Virus record (IMG/VR): IMGVR_UViG_3300027996_002186
Span: 62,001-126,000 of that record
DNA: 64,000 nucleotides
Direction: 5' to 3' (one strand)
Part shown: piece by piece, positions 1 through 10,622 of the stretch
Layout: each line of letters opens with the position of its first letter
Position numbering within the stretch: position 1 is the first letter of the stretch
The notes under the pieces: model-generated
Seen by the model: the letters and a program-made list of their open reading frames with translations, nothing else
Told to the model about the DNA's origin: nothing
Database searches by the model: none
Program-made: the position numbers and the translations under genes

Positions 1-2140
1 TTGTTTGTGTTGGCTTACCACCCTTTTGGTTGATAAAAGTACCATTCTTTATCAACTTAGCTGAATTACCAGATGGAATACCAGCGAACATTTTTTGAAT
101 TCTACCTCCTTTACCGGAGCTCTGAGTCAATTCAGATATTAAAAAGGCACATTGTGCCTCAAATAAATAAGGCACTGATTTCAAATATACTTCGAGTTTA
201 TTTAAAGTATCTCTTCCAATCTTAACAGTTCCGCCTCCATGTGGTCTTGGATCTGTATCAAGGAATCCATTCTTCAAAGCTGAAGTCTTAACTCCTTTGT
301 TAGTTAGATACTCACCACAAAATTTCTCCATGTTATATCTCCTTGAATATGTCCATTGAGCTAAGCCGAGACCAGAGAATACTTGACATTTACCTTTCTT
401 ACACGTATAATGTTTTACTGATCCTTGTTTTGCGTTCTCTTTTGACCACCGTTTTGCACCCATCCCACCGGGTACTATGTAATTTGCTTGATTTTCAATA
501 TTCCAAAATTTAAAACTTGATTCTGCATCGATATTACCACAGATACCAGCTGCTTGGTCTTTTGTAAACCCGCCCTCCTTGATTAACAATTCCATCAAAA
601 TATAAATCGCCTGTCGTTTCGTTTGGTTGTTACTAGGTGATGCTGGTGTAGGAGGTTCACCAGTAGCTGGATCAGCGTCTGGATCATTGGATCCATTCTG
701 TTCCCGCGCCTCATCCCGCTCCTCAGCTGCTTCTGCTTCTGCCTCCTCTTGACCTAAGAATGCAGTTTCTCGGTACTCATCGTCCAATTCACCAAGTTGT
801 TCAAAATCATCCTGGAAAACAAACCCACCGGGTTCGATTAGTGTTAATTTACCAATTTTTGAATCTACTATTATTGATAAAGAATCTTCATATGATTTGA
901 GAGAATCGTTACTAGTTGTTCCGCCGCTTGCACTTCCACTTGATAAAGGAAGAAACACTCCCTCAATTTCAACATTGAATGTTATTATATTTTTTTTTGA
1001 TTCTACATCACCGCTTTGTGAACCCGTAATTACAGGCGCGGGCTCTTCTACTTCTTCTTCTGGTAGTAATTTTATGGGGCTTTTATACTCTACTAATTCT
1101 CCTGAATAATATAAACCTTTTTCACTTTTAGCAGGTGTTGAATTAGCCGCCCCCAATCTACCACCACCTTCGGGGTTATATATGTTACAAGCCACACCAT
1201 TACCAAATATTTTATTAGTGTTCCCATCCTTCGCTGGCCACCTACCGAGTGATGTTTCCTGTGGATCTATCAACTCACATTGACCAACATTATAATTAGG
1301 TACTTTTTTATTCCAAGCAGATAGTATATCATTTATGATATCAACATCATCAACATTACCAGTATATTTCTTTTCTTGCTTCTCTAATTTTGTTGTGGTA
1401 GATTTCCCAGTATCGTCATAAGTCGTTTCATATCCAACCTTAGTAGATAATTCTAATAAATTATCCTCTGTTATATAAAGAACAGATTCTTCGGTCTTCC
1501 ATTGTGGATCAAAAGAAGGGTCACTAGGAGTCCGTATGGTTACCGACTTAATTATTCTAGATTTGATACTTTGATAAATTATCAAACCATTACCATCTCC
1601 AATACTACCATCACTATAATAGGATTGTGTGGGTGATACACCATCAGGTAATGCTAATTCATTACCTTCATCATCACTCCATTGTTCACCACCCAACATA
1701 GTATATGGACCAACAGTGCGCCCAAAGTATGTAGTATCTCCATTTTCATCGACCTGACTAGAAGATGCGCCGAAGTCTGGTGATGTCCATCTAATATCTA
1801 CCCTTGTTCCATTATTTAAATGATAATAATCGGATCCGAAGTTTCTTTTTCTAGCTATATTTACTGACCAGGGGTCCTGTATTATTTCAGAGCCTTTGGG
1901 TATTTTACCCGAGGCCGAATTCACATGCAACCAATCAGCTATGATTTCATCGGAACTCATATCTTTATACCTATTACCTTTATAATCCCCTTCACCTAGA
2001 ATAGGACCGGTATCATAATCATTAACGTATCGAGTTAATCCATAAACGATTCTGCTTTTAAGTTTACCGTTATTTTTAAAATTCTCAACCACACGGACCA
2101 TTATATCACCTGTAATTCTAACCTCTTTAACTATTCCCAT
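1..2140 (-). CDS. Virion tail/baseplate protein with phage tail lysozyme domain (partial, runs off the left edge)
   Basis: Not in the ORF track. ATG at 2140 (MGIVKEVRITG...). The same frame near 600-350 reads GFTKDQAAGICGNIDAESSF...GLGLAQW, the GNxxxES / GLxQW signature of phage tail lysozymes. Confidence 0.7.
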   Translation of the reverse strand, partial: MGIVKEVRITGDIMVRVVENFKNNGKLKSRIVYGLTRYVNDYDTGPILGEGDYKGNRYKDMSSDEIIADWLHVNSASGKIPKGSEIIQDPWSVNIARKRNFGSDYYHLNNGTRVDIRWTSPDFGASSSQVDENGDTTYFGRTVGPYTMLGGEQWSDDEGNELALPDGVSPTQSYYSDGSIGDGNGLIIYQSIKSRIIKSVTIRTPSDPSFDPQWKTEESVLYITEDNLLELSTKVGYETTYDDTGKSTTTKLEKQEKKYTGNVDDVDIINDILSAWNKKVPNYNVGQCELIDPQETSLGRWPAKDGNTNKIFGNGVACNIYNPEGGGRLGAANSTPAKSEKGLYYSGELVEYKSPIKLLPEEEVEEPAPVITGSQSGDVESKKNIITFNVEIEGVFLPLSSGSASGGTTSNDSLKSYEDSLSIIVDSKIGKLTLIEPGGFVFQDDFEQLGELDDEYRETAFLGQEEAEAEAAEERDEAREQNGSNDPDADPATGEPPTPASPSNNQTKRQAIYILMELLIKEGGFTKDQAAGICGNIDAESSFKFWNIENQANYIVPGGMGAKRWSKENAKQGSVKHYTCKKGKCQVFSGLGLAQWTYSRRYNMEKFCGEYLTNKGVKTSALKNGFLDTDPRPHGGGTVKIGRDTLNKLEVYLKSVPYLFEAQCAFLISELTQSSGKGGRIQKMFAGIPSGNSAKLIKNGTFINQKGGKPTQT

Positions 2141-2178
2141 ATTGTATATTTATAATTATCTTAACCCCCGCTATAAAA

Positions 2179-4422
2179 TTAATCAGAAACGTCAATTAAT
2201 TCACCTACTACTTCTTTACCATCATCTGATAATGATGAAACTATAAGTTCGTATATTTTACCATTACCATCACTAAGTCTATATGATTCACCAATATTAT
2301 AGACCTCATTTGGTTTAGGTTCCTCAACAGGATTATCATTTGTTTCTGCATTATCAACACCCTCTTTTGCTTTTGTTGGTATGTCTAATTCCTTGTTTAA
2401 TTTACCTAATTCTTTTCTAGCTATTTTAACTTTTTGTGTTAATTTACCAGATCTCCAAGAATATCTAATGTCTATTATTAACCACTCACCGCTCATCCGC
2501 TCATCAAGATATGATTCTGTTGTTTCTGTTTGTGGTGTTCTTTTAGTATTTGTAAAGTTGACTTGTATTTTTTGATATTTATATATGTTAAAATTAGGTT
2601 GTGGTAATTGTAACTCGGCTGTTATTTTAACCATGTTATCTAAGTTAATTCTATTTTGTGTTTCTGAATAGAGATAATTTTCATGAACATTATCCATATC
2701 AACTCTGCCTAAAAAATTAGTTCTATAATTTTCTTTAAATGATTTTTCATCACCAGGTGCTCCCTTTAATGAGACAACATCATCCTTTTTTGTAGTTAAA
2801 GAGTCAATTTTGAATATCTGCATAATTTTTTTATTACTATCATAGTATTTGGTAATAGTAAATTGTCCCTTTTTAAGTGATTGGCTTGTTGAATTATTAC
2901 TTATTTTGTATGATGAAAAATATAAGTTGTTACTTTGATTACTCTGCTCGTTAGATAAAGCGAGGGGTATTATTTTACTCTCATCACTTTTACCCACTGT
3001 TTGTGTAGATAAACCTGATGAATCAACACCAACATCTGATGATATATCTCTATTCCATTCTTTTTCTATATCAACATAGTTAAAACACCAATAATGATCA
3101 ATATAACCTAATACAAAAGAGTCATCTGATATATATGAGTGTTTTATAATATTGGAAACAAAATCTTTAAACAACATACCTGTATTTGTCCATTTCATCG
3201 AATCTTTTGTGTTATTTATATTTGAATTAAATCCTAGTTTTAATTCTTTTGATATCATATCAAATGTATCAAATGATGTTCCGGTATATGATTTATAAGC
3301 TATTTCATAAAATTTGGGTAAGTCAATAGATCCAGATATTGTATAATTTTTCCTCTTTCTTTGAAAGGTTTTAATCTTAAATTTTAGGTGTATTGATTTT
3401 AAATTTTCAGATCCAGAATTAAGAAATATTTCAAACTTAGTATCATCAAGTGGAGCACCTTCAGCTTTCATAATACCGAGCGTATCTTTGAATGTTACAA
3501 TCACCGTTGGTGATATTCCTTCGTGATAAAGTTCAAGTGACTTAATATCCTTTTCAGGTATTTGTAGTGCATTATACCATAAAAACGGCATATAACCTTG
3601 TCCCTGTGAGTCCGTATTCTGTTGTGCGTCCTCGGTGACCTTATATTGAATTGGTGGTAATATTACTTCTGGTTTACGTATCTGTGCAATTATTGGTCTA
3701 TCTCCTTCTACTTTTACTTCATCTGGGCCACTATCATCCTGTTCTATAAGTTCATCCTCCGGTAATACTGTTATTGAAAATTCTGTGCTATCAAGATCTG
3801 GTGATGTTGGTGTTACTGCTATAATATAATCACCTGGTTTATCGAATTGTAACCCAGAAAAGTCTATTTCTCCATTGACAACTTCTTTTTCGGTAATACC
3901 AATTATAACACCTGGTCCACTTTTAACACTTAATGTTATTTTTGTATTTATAGACTTTGGATCTACTATCGCTGATGTTTGTTTATTTGATGGTTCTGGA
4001 TCGCTCTGTGGTGTGCTCTGTGTACCAGTTTGTGGTTCTTCTTCTTCTTGTTTTGGTTCCTCTGGTGCTGGCTCCCAAACCAATCTTGGTCCAATAGTAG
4101 TGCCATAGATATCATCTATGATTCCAGCCATTTCACTTAATAGTATATCAATTGCGTATTTAAGGGATCCTGGACCATCACCCGTGAAAGGAGTAATTGC
4201 TTCTTGGGTTCCCTCTATGGTAAATTCACCAATATCAACTATTTCTTGTGCTGATTTACCATCAATCGTAACACTACTATTTGTTGTGAATGGTTTGGGA
4301 AATCCATTTACGGTACCAAATACTGTTAATTTATTGAATTGGTTTTTATTATCTATTGTTCCGGTTATAGATTTCTCTGCATCTGATACAGGGTTTTTTA
4401 CGAAGAGTGACCAATTTGACAT
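2179..4422 (-). CDS. Putative baseplate hub-like protein with an N-terminal acidic/Ig-like extension
   Basis: 747 aa. C-terminal SGEWLIIDIRYSW...KVKIARKEL resembles the end of myophage hub proteins. Lies directly upstream of the tail lysozyme gene. Confidence 0.45.
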   Translation of the reverse strand: MSNWSLFVKNPVSDAEKSITGTIDNKNQFNKLTVFGTVNGFPKPFTTNSSVTIDGKSAQEIVDIGEFTIEGTQEAITPFTGDGPGSLKYAIDILLSEMAGIIDDIYGTTIGPRLVWEPAPEEPKQEEEEPQTGTQSTPQSDPEPSNKQTSAIVDPKSINTKITLSVKSGPGVIIGITEKEVVNGEIDFSGLQFDKPGDYIIAVTPTSPDLDSTEFSITVLPEDELIEQDDSGPDEVKVEGDRPIIAQIRKPEVILPPIQYKVTEDAQQNTDSQGQGYMPFLWYNALQIPEKDIKSLELYHEGISPTVIVTFKDTLGIMKAEGAPLDDTKFEIFLNSGSENLKSIHLKFKIKTFQRKRKNYTISGSIDLPKFYEIAYKSYTGTSFDTFDMISKELKLGFNSNINNTKDSMKWTNTGMLFKDFVSNIIKHSYISDDSFVLGYIDHYWCFNYVDIEKEWNRDISSDVGVDSSGLSTQTVGKSDESKIIPLALSNEQSNQSNNLYFSSYKISNNSTSQSLKKGQFTITKYYDSNKKIMQIFKIDSLTTKKDDVVSLKGAPGDEKSFKENYRTNFLGRVDMDNVHENYLYSETQNRINLDNMVKITAELQLPQPNFNIYKYQKIQVNFTNTKRTPQTETTESYLDERMSGEWLIIDIRYSWRSGKLTQKVKIARKELGKLNKELDIPTKAKEGVDNAETNDNPVEEPKPNEVYNIGESYRLSDGNGKIYELIVSSLSDDGKEVVGELIDVSD

Positions 4423-4453
4423 GAACTATATATTTGCCATCACATCTTCTGTC

Positions 4454-6058
4454 CTATAAGTTTATTTTAATTGTTTTATATGGGTATTTTCGTTTATCAT
4501 ACATACGTGCTCTCTCTTTGAAATGTCTATATAATATATTATTCATATTCTTCGGATCAAAAACATCTACTAAGTCAAATATCATAGCCTTTGTCTTATC
4601 CGTGTGTAAACGTAAGGCTCTACCAATTGATTGTATTATAATTTGCTCTGATTTGAAAGAATCTACAAATATCACATTAAATATAGCATTAATAGATACA
4701 CCAGTTGATAGTGTACCATAAGAAGCAACTAATACTCTAACTTTACCATCAGTTTCCTCCATTTGTTTCTTAATAACTTCCCTCTTTTTACCCGATACAC
4801 CACCATCAATATAATAAAATTCTTTATCTGGTAATTCCTCTGATAATTTATTCATTATCTTTTGACCATATTCAATCGTGTGAAATAATAAAAGTGTATT
4901 TGATTCACATTTATCAACTATCTTCTTGATAAAGTCTAATCTTTTATCCGAAACATGAATATATTCCTTTTCTATTTGAAAAGCTTCTTTACCATAACCA
5001 CCTTTCCTTATTTGTTCCATTCTATCTGCGAATTCTAAGTCATTATGATTCATAATGACAGCCTTTATTTCCATAGCTGATATTATACCCTTCTTCTTTA
5101 ATTCATCAGCAGAAACTTCTGTTATCTTAGGACCTAAAACTGATTGTATTGTTAGTATTTCACAAGTATCATCCTCAGGGAATGTACCAGATACACCAAA
5201 CCTTGAATATGCTTTACCAAACGTTCTCTTTAATATACTTAACATCGTTTTTGCTTTAGCTCCATGTGCCTCATCAGTAACAACTGTGTGAAATTGGTCA
5301 AAGAATTCTTTCGGCCATTTTTCTAATGATTGATAAGTTCCGATATAAATATTAGCATCTTGTGTACCTGTGTGTTTTCTTGGTCTTTCTGACATAACTT
5401 CCTCAACCCTTAAATCAAAGGGTACATGAGTTCCTTCTATATGGTCTATCTTTTTATCATCCATTTCTATTAAATTATTAACACCATGGTTATATTCTAC
5501 AATATTATCATAAAATTGAGTAACTAATGTTATCGATGGTACTATTATTAGAAATTTAGCTTTAGGAGTATGTTTAAGTGTATAAAACATAACAATTGAT
5601 ATGATTAATGATTTACCACCTGATGTAGCAACCTCAGCCATACAATATCTATTCTTTAATATTTTGTAAGCTGATTCAACTTGGTGGTCATAAGGTATAA
5701 ATGGTATCCAAGTACCATCTTTTTTCTTAACTTTATGTTCTTTAAAAAATTCTTTACAAAAATCATGAACTTTTTCTAAGGTAACATCTCTATTTAATGG
5801 GAAATCTTCTTTATTTTCTAATATAAAAGGTGCTCCGATTTCTTTACAACCTTTCAAAGCTTCTTTCCAAAGACCGATGTTTATTCTACCGTCCTTAAAA
5901 TATGATTGTTGTCCATTCCAAACACCCATCTTGAATGCTGGCATATATCGATAACCTTTAACGTGTCTAGATAACCACAAATCCATTTGGTGGTATTCGA
6001 TTCTCGTAGCTTCACTTACGACAATTTCTTCTGTTTCTTTATCATATCTAAACTTCAT
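4454..6058 (-). CDS. uvsW: UvsW-like SF2 DNA helicase
   Basis: ATSGGKS (Walker A), VPSITLVTQ, DEAH, SGT, STGVSI and QSIGRALR motifs; T4 UvsW-like layout. Confidence 0.9.
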   Translation of the reverse strand: MKFRYDKETEEIVVSEATRIEYHQMDLWLSRHVKGYRYMPAFKMGVWNGQQSYFKDGRINIGLWKEALKGCKEIGAPFILENKEDFPLNRDVTLEKVHDFCKEFFKEHKVKKKDGTWIPFIPYDHQVESAYKILKNRYCMAEVATSGGKSLIISIVMFYTLKHTPKAKFLIIVPSITLVTQFYDNIVEYNHGVNNLIEMDDKKIDHIEGTHVPFDLRVEEVMSERPRKHTGTQDANIYIGTYQSLEKWPKEFFDQFHTVVTDEAHGAKAKTMLSILKRTFGKAYSRFGVSGTFPEDDTCEILTIQSVLGPKITEVSADELKKKGIISAMEIKAVIMNHNDLEFADRMEQIRKGGYGKEAFQIEKEYIHVSDKRLDFIKKIVDKCESNTLLLFHTIEYGQKIMNKLSEELPDKEFYYIDGGVSGKKREVIKKQMEETDGKVRVLVASYGTLSTGVSINAIFNVIFVDSFKSEQIIIQSIGRALRLHTDKTKAMIFDLVDVFDPKNMNNILYRHFKERARMYDKRKYPYKTIKINL

Positions 6059-6167
6059 CTCATGTTTATATATAAAAAAGTAATCTTTGTTTATTTTGGG
6101 TTTTTTCGAGGTTTTTTACAGAGGGAGGGAAAAAATATGAATATATAATAAAAAATAATTTAAAATC

Positions 6168-6542
6168 ATGAAAAGTATAATATCTTTTTTTAAGAGATTG
6201 TTTGGTAAAAAAACTACACAAGTTGTTGTTAAGGCTGAAGTTAAAATAGAAGCTGTTAAAGAAGTTACTAAACCAATCGTAAAGGCTAAACCAATCGTAA
6301 AGGCTAAATCAACAAAGGACAAGTCTAAAGTTGAAAAGCCTGTAACAGCTAAGGATATCAAAGCTAAGGTTAAAAAACCAGTGAGTAAAAAGTCAACGGT
6401 TAAAAAGTCAGATACTAAGAAATCGACTAATAAAAAGTCAACTCCTAAAGTTAAAAAGGAATCGACTAATAAAAAGTCAACGGTTAAAAAGGAATCTACT
6501 AAGAAGAGAGCTCCTAGAAAGTCAACTGCTAAAAAGGATTAA
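6168..6542 (+). CDS. Lys-rich, histone H1-like small basic protein
   Basis: 124 aa with KKST/KKES repeats and an amphipathic N-terminus (IISFFKRLFG). Confidence 0.5.
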   Translation: MKSIISFFKRLFGKKTTQVVVKAEVKIEAVKEVTKPIVKAKPIVKAKSTKDKSKVEKPVTAKDIKAKVKKPVSKKSTVKKSDTKKSTNKKSTPKVKKESTNKKSTVKKESTKKRAPRKSTAKKD

Positions 6543-6559
6543 ATTAATTGATTTTTAAC

Positions 6560-6592
6560 AAAAAACCCACTCAAATATGAGTGGGTTTTTTT
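6560..6592. terminator. Bidirectional rho-independent terminator
   Basis: A6-CCCACTCA-aata-TGAGTGGG-T7 between convergent genes. Confidence 0.85.
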
Positions 6593-6604
6593 ATTCTTAA
6601 TATT

Positions 6605-7276
6605 TTATTTCCTTTTTGTTAAAATTTCATCTATCATACCATATTTCTTAGAATCAGCGGCCGACATCCAATAGTCTCTATCACCATCTTTATAAACTCT
6701 ATCATATGTTTGACCAGTTCTATCTGATATTATCTCATATAATTCTTTTTTAAGTGAGTTAATTTGTTTTGCTTCAATTTCTATATCAGATGCTTGTTGT
6801 GCCCACCCACCACCAAGTGGTTGGTGTATCATAGTTCTACTTCTTTTTAGTGATTTTCTTTTACCTTTTGTCCCAGAACATAATATAATAGCTCCCATGG
6901 AAGCAGCTAACCCGGTATTAACCGTAATTATATCAGGTTTAACAAACTCCATAACATCCAATAATCCTAATCCGGAATAAACTGAACCTCCTGCCGTATC
7001 TATGTATATAGATATATCTTCATCACTTTGGGATTCTAAGTATAGAAGTTGAGCTTTTATTATGTTACATACATAATCATCTATTTGTGTTGAAAGAAAT
7101 ATTATTCTATCATCTAATAATTTAGAGAATACATCTACTGGTATTTCATTATTACTTAATATGTTTGGTGTGTTATTATTTTTCTGTATCTGCTTGAAGT
7201 AGTCATCACTATAATTAGATCCTATTTTATTACTACGTAGATATTTTTGTAAATCTTTGTCGTTATTCATTATCAA
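6605..7276 (-). CDS. clpP: ATP-dependent Clp protease proteolytic subunit
   Basis: DVFSKLLDDRIIFL, GLAASMGA (Ser), MIHQP (His), DRDYWMSA (Asp), YGMIDEI. Confidence 0.95.
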   Translation of the reverse strand: MIMNNDKDLQKYLRSNKIGSNYSDDYFKQIQKNNNTPNILSNNEIPVDVFSKLLDDRIIFLSTQIDDYVCNIIKAQLLYLESQSDEDISIYIDTAGGSVYSGLGLLDVMEFVKPDIITVNTGLAASMGAIILCSGTKGKRKSLKRSRTMIHQPLGGGWAQQASDIEIEAKQINSLKKELYEIISDRTGQTYDRVYKDGDRDYWMSAADSKKYGMIDEILTKRK

Positions 7277-7378
7277 AGTTATTTTTTTGTTTTATGTTAT
7301 AATGTTGTGAATGTTTAGTAAAATTGTATGTAAAGTGGCTTTATATTTTTAATATATAATAAAAAATAATAATATAAT

Positions 7379-7696
7379 ATGAAAACTAAAGTTGAGATTG
7401 CTGGATACGAAATTGAGGTCGAAGAAAAAGACGGCCTTATTATGGTGAAAGCTGAAAAAGATGATGAGGTTGTAGAAGAATTTACGATTGAAACAGAAGA
7501 ATTTGAAGGTGAAGAAGGACAAGAAGAAGTTCAAGGACAAGAAGAAGTTCAAGGATTTGGAGACTTCGAAGGAGGAGCTCAAGAAGAAGGTGACTTTGAA
7601 GAAGGTGACTTTGAAGAAGGTGAACTTGAAGAAAAAGATGATGAGGTTCAATTAGAGTCTTTTCAATCATTTGTTAATAAGAACGCTAAAAAATAA
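7379..7696 (+). CDS. Acidic hypothetical protein
   Basis: 105 aa, Glu-rich with short repeats; preceded by TAATATATA at 7350. Confidence 0.6.
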   Translation: MKTKVEIAGYEIEVEEKDGLIMVKAEKDDEVVEEFTIETEEFEGEEGQEEVQGQEEVQGFGDFEGGAQEEGDFEEGDFEEGELEEKDDEVQLESFQSFVNKNAKK

Positions 7697-7704
7697 AAAT
7701 AAAA

Positions 7705-8772
7705 ATGATTAAGAAGTTTAATCAATTTCTAGAAAATAAAAATTCTAGTTACCTTCTTTACTATGCGTTTGATTGGGATGATAATATATTAAATATGCCA
7801 ACCGTAATACACCTAGATAAAAAAGATGGTGACTCTTGGGTACCTATTAATGTTTCAACATCTGATTTCGCTGATGTCAGAAATGATGAGAATTATAGAA
7901 TGTTGAATAATGATCCTGATGAGGCTTTCTCTGAGTTTAGAGATGGCGGTCCTCGAGGGGTTGAAGCCTTTTTGATTGATACTAAAGCAGCTATTGCTAG
8001 TAACAGTTATGGTCCGGCTTGGGATGATTTTATTGAATGTTTGACAAATGGGTCAATATTTGCTATAATCACCGCTAGGGGTCACGAACCAGAGGCTATA
8101 AGATTAGGTATTGATTGGATACTTGATAATGTTCTAACCGAAGACGAAGTATATGATATGTATAATAACTTATTAAAGTTTGAGTATATGTTTGATAGAG
8201 TTGAAGGTGAGAAAATATTAAAAGGTGATCCATCTAAGAATGAATTGGTTAAGAAGTATTTAGATCAATGTGATTTAGTTGGTGTTTCGGCTCCTTCTAG
8301 AGGTGGTTCTCCTGAGAATCCGGAAAAGGAAAAGGAAAACGCTCTTATGGATTACAAGACTAAGATTAATGACTTTGCTAAAAACCTAGGTATGGAAGCA
8401 AAAGTTGGTTTTTCTGATGATGATTTAGGTAATGTTAAACATATTGAAGATTTAGTTGATAGTTTACATCACGAAAAATTCCCTAATATTGTTGAGTTTG
8501 TAGTTAAAAATACAAAAAACCCAGAAGATGTTACCAAAAAAGTTAGAACAATGAATCTAATAGAGGGTAATGATACCCCAGGTATGGAATCATCTGTTTT
8601 AGCATTCACTCAATTTAATAATATGACAAATAAACTGTATCCAACGGATGATAAAACAAGACAAGATGACTTTGCTAACCAATTCAGAAGACAATCTGAA
8701 TATCTAGCTAAAACTTCTAAAGACATCTTAGGGAAAAAGAAAGTAAAGAAGAAATTTCCTAAAAAGAAATAA
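7705..8772 (+). CDS. HAD-like hydrolase family protein
   Basis: FDWDDN (motif I), ITARG (motif II), FSDDD (motif IV); N-terminal tag MIKKFNQFLE. Confidence 0.55.
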   Translation: MIKKFNQFLENKNSSYLLYYAFDWDDNILNMPTVIHLDKKDGDSWVPINVSTSDFADVRNDENYRMLNNDPDEAFSEFRDGGPRGVEAFLIDTKAAIASNSYGPAWDDFIECLTNGSIFAIITARGHEPEAIRLGIDWILDNVLTEDEVYDMYNNLLKFEYMFDRVEGEKILKGDPSKNELVKKYLDQCDLVGVSAPSRGGSPENPEKEKENALMDYKTKINDFAKNLGMEAKVGFSDDDLGNVKHIEDLVDSLHHEKFPNIVEFVVKNTKNPEDVTKKVRTMNLIEGNDTPGMESSVLAFTQFNNMTNKLYPTDDKTRQDDFANQFRRQSEYLAKTSKDILGKKKVKKKFPKKK

Positions 8773-8788
8773 AAAATTAAAAGTCCTC

Positions 8789-9025
8789 TTAATGAGGATT
8801 TTTTTTATGCTTTATAATTTCATCTATTTTAATATCTCTTAATATAGCTTTTTGATTTTCATTAAACCAACGTTTATAATCGTGATTATAAGCCATATGA
8901 ACACCATCAATAATTGGACCAGCCTGTCCAAACATAAACTCAGTAAAGCTTTTACGCCAATCATCAGGTATATCATCGAATGATACGGGCTCTGTATTTA
9001 AATACATCTCCATTAATTTAATCAT
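8789..9025 (-). CDS. Hypothetical protein
   Basis: 78 aa with C-terminal RDIKIDEI motif; a host-type promoter lies upstream. Confidence 0.6.
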   Translation of the reverse strand: MIKLMEMYLNTEPVSFDDIPDDWRKSFTEFMFGQAGPIIDGVHMAYNHDYKRWFNENQKAILRDIKIDEIIKHKKNPH

Positions 9026-9029
9026 GTAA

Positions 9030-9061
9030 CAAATATAATAAACTTAACTCTATTTTCCTAA
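9030..9061 (-). promoter_or_regulatory. Bacteroidota-type sigma promoter (TTAG-N20-TATATTTG)
   Basis: Minus strand TTAG (9061-9058), 20-nt spacer, TATATTTG (9037-9030), just upstream of the ATG at 9025. Confidence 0.6.
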
Positions 9062-9072
9062 TATATCATGTA

Positions 9073-10269
9073 ATGGATAAGGGATATATAAAAAATATGA
9101 TACAGAAGATTCTTGATAAAGAGTTTTCTCATAAACAGAAGCGTCGTCTTAATGATTATCACGATAGACTTAACATGGCTTGTCCTTATTGTGGTGATAG
9201 TCACCGTCACAAACATTCTAAGAGAGGCAATCTCTATTTCAATAGATTATTCTATATTTGCTTCAACTGTGATAAGAAGACTACCTTAGACAAGATGTGT
9301 AGGGATTTCAATGAGCAAATTGATCCAGGTAAGAAATTAGAAATGATTGAGCACTTAGATAGTGTCATGACTTATAATGATTACGAAAATGAGTTTGTAG
9401 ATGCTCAATTTGATAATCTAATTGATATGGAAGATCTTGAAGCAGCTTTCGCTTCTGATATAACTCCCATAAATGACTTCCAACCTATTAAGGTTAATGG
9501 TGGTATTTATAAGTACCTTATTGGTAGAGGAATAGGTCCCGAATTACATAAAAATATTTATCAAGCAAAGTATCACAAAAACGAAAACGAAAGTGAGTGG
9601 ATAATAGCTATGTTAAATAGAAGAGGTGATAAGATAATTGGAATGCAAGTCAGAAACCTTAAAGGTGGTAGACGAAGAATGTTCAAGATATACAATTATG
9701 AGAATCTATTAGAGTGGGTTAATCATGGTAAAGAAGAGCCTCTTAATATAGATATGGGTGAGATGGTTATTTATAATAAATTATCATACTATTTTAATAT
9801 ATTGAATGTTAACTTCGAAAAAAGAATAACCGTATTTGAGGGTTATTTAGATTCTTTATTCTATCCAAATTCAATAGGTTTGGTTGGTGTAAATACTGAT
9901 TATAGATTTTTGGAGAATAATGGATTTGATATACAATATTTCTTTGATAATGATGAAGCTGGTTTTAATAAGTCAGAAGAAAAAATGAATGATGGGTTTT
10001 CTGTCTTCTTGTGGAGAAAATTATTAAACGATATAGTTGATAAAAAGAATTCGACAGATCCATATAAGCTATTCCATAGAATAGTTAAGGTCAAAGATAT
10101 AAATAAATTGGCTGAGTTAGTACCAAATCCCTATAAGGCTCTTAAATTACCTGATTATTTTAGCACAGATGTTCTTGATGTTAAATGGATACCTAAAATG
10201 AATAAAGGTAAGTGGGTAGAAAGAGAAACTGATTATAACAAGAAATTTGATAATTTTAATAGATTATGA
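9073..10269 (+). CDS. DNA primase (T4 gp61-like)
   Basis: Zn finger CPYCGDS...CFNC, TOPRIM motifs FEGYLDSLF and FFDNDEAG, and KDIN. Confidence 0.9.
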   Translation: MDKGYIKNMIQKILDKEFSHKQKRRLNDYHDRLNMACPYCGDSHRHKHSKRGNLYFNRLFYICFNCDKKTTLDKMCRDFNEQIDPGKKLEMIEHLDSVMTYNDYENEFVDAQFDNLIDMEDLEAAFASDITPINDFQPIKVNGGIYKYLIGRGIGPELHKNIYQAKYHKNENESEWIIAMLNRRGDKIIGMQVRNLKGGRRRMFKIYNYENLLEWVNHGKEEPLNIDMGEMVIYNKLSYYFNILNVNFEKRITVFEGYLDSLFYPNSIGLVGVNTDYRFLENNGFDIQYFFDNDEAGFNKSEEKMNDGFSVFLWRKLLNDIVDKKNSTDPYKLFHRIVKVKDINKLAELVPNPYKALKLPDYFSTDVLDVKWIPKMNKGKWVERETDYNKKFDNFNRL

Positions 10270-10314
10270 ATTGGCATGGTGTGTGTTAATACAGGTAGTT
10301 GAGTTATTTATATA

Positions 10315-10622
10315 TGATAAAAGATGAATTGATACAAATAAAAATATCCAATAAAACACTCTCATATTATTTGAATATTAAAGAGAGGTATCATCAACAT
10401 TAATACAAGATGGATCTGGTATTTTAATAACAGGAATATGTGATTTTTGTGGGAATGAAAAGTTAATAAGTAAGAAAAAATATAACACACAAACCAAGTT
10501 TTCTAAGTTGGGATTCTCCTGTTCCAAACCAAACAGAACATTCTATAATGAACGAAAGGGGTTATTATCGGATATTTGATTGTGGGTCTAAAAAGTGGAT
10601 TAGGAAATTTAAATATCTTTAG
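10315..10622 (+). pseudogene. Decayed homing-endonuclease-like gene
   Basis: Three out-of-frame pieces: MIKDELIQIKISNKTLSYY, then GICDFCGNEKLI...FSCSK, then TEHSIMNERGYYRIFDCGSKKW. These resemble the N- and C-terminal motifs of mobile endonucleases of large phages. Confidence 0.6.

Noticed and set aside
897-1109. Plus-strand 70-aa ORF
   Set aside because: Antisense to the long minus-strand tail lysozyme gene that the ORF track missed because it runs off the window.
2161-2178. C-run plus GCT resembling the 5' arm of the polB gap hairpin
   Set aside because: Intergenic, has no complementary arm and interrupts no gene; more likely the G-rich patch upstream of a minus-strand late promoter.
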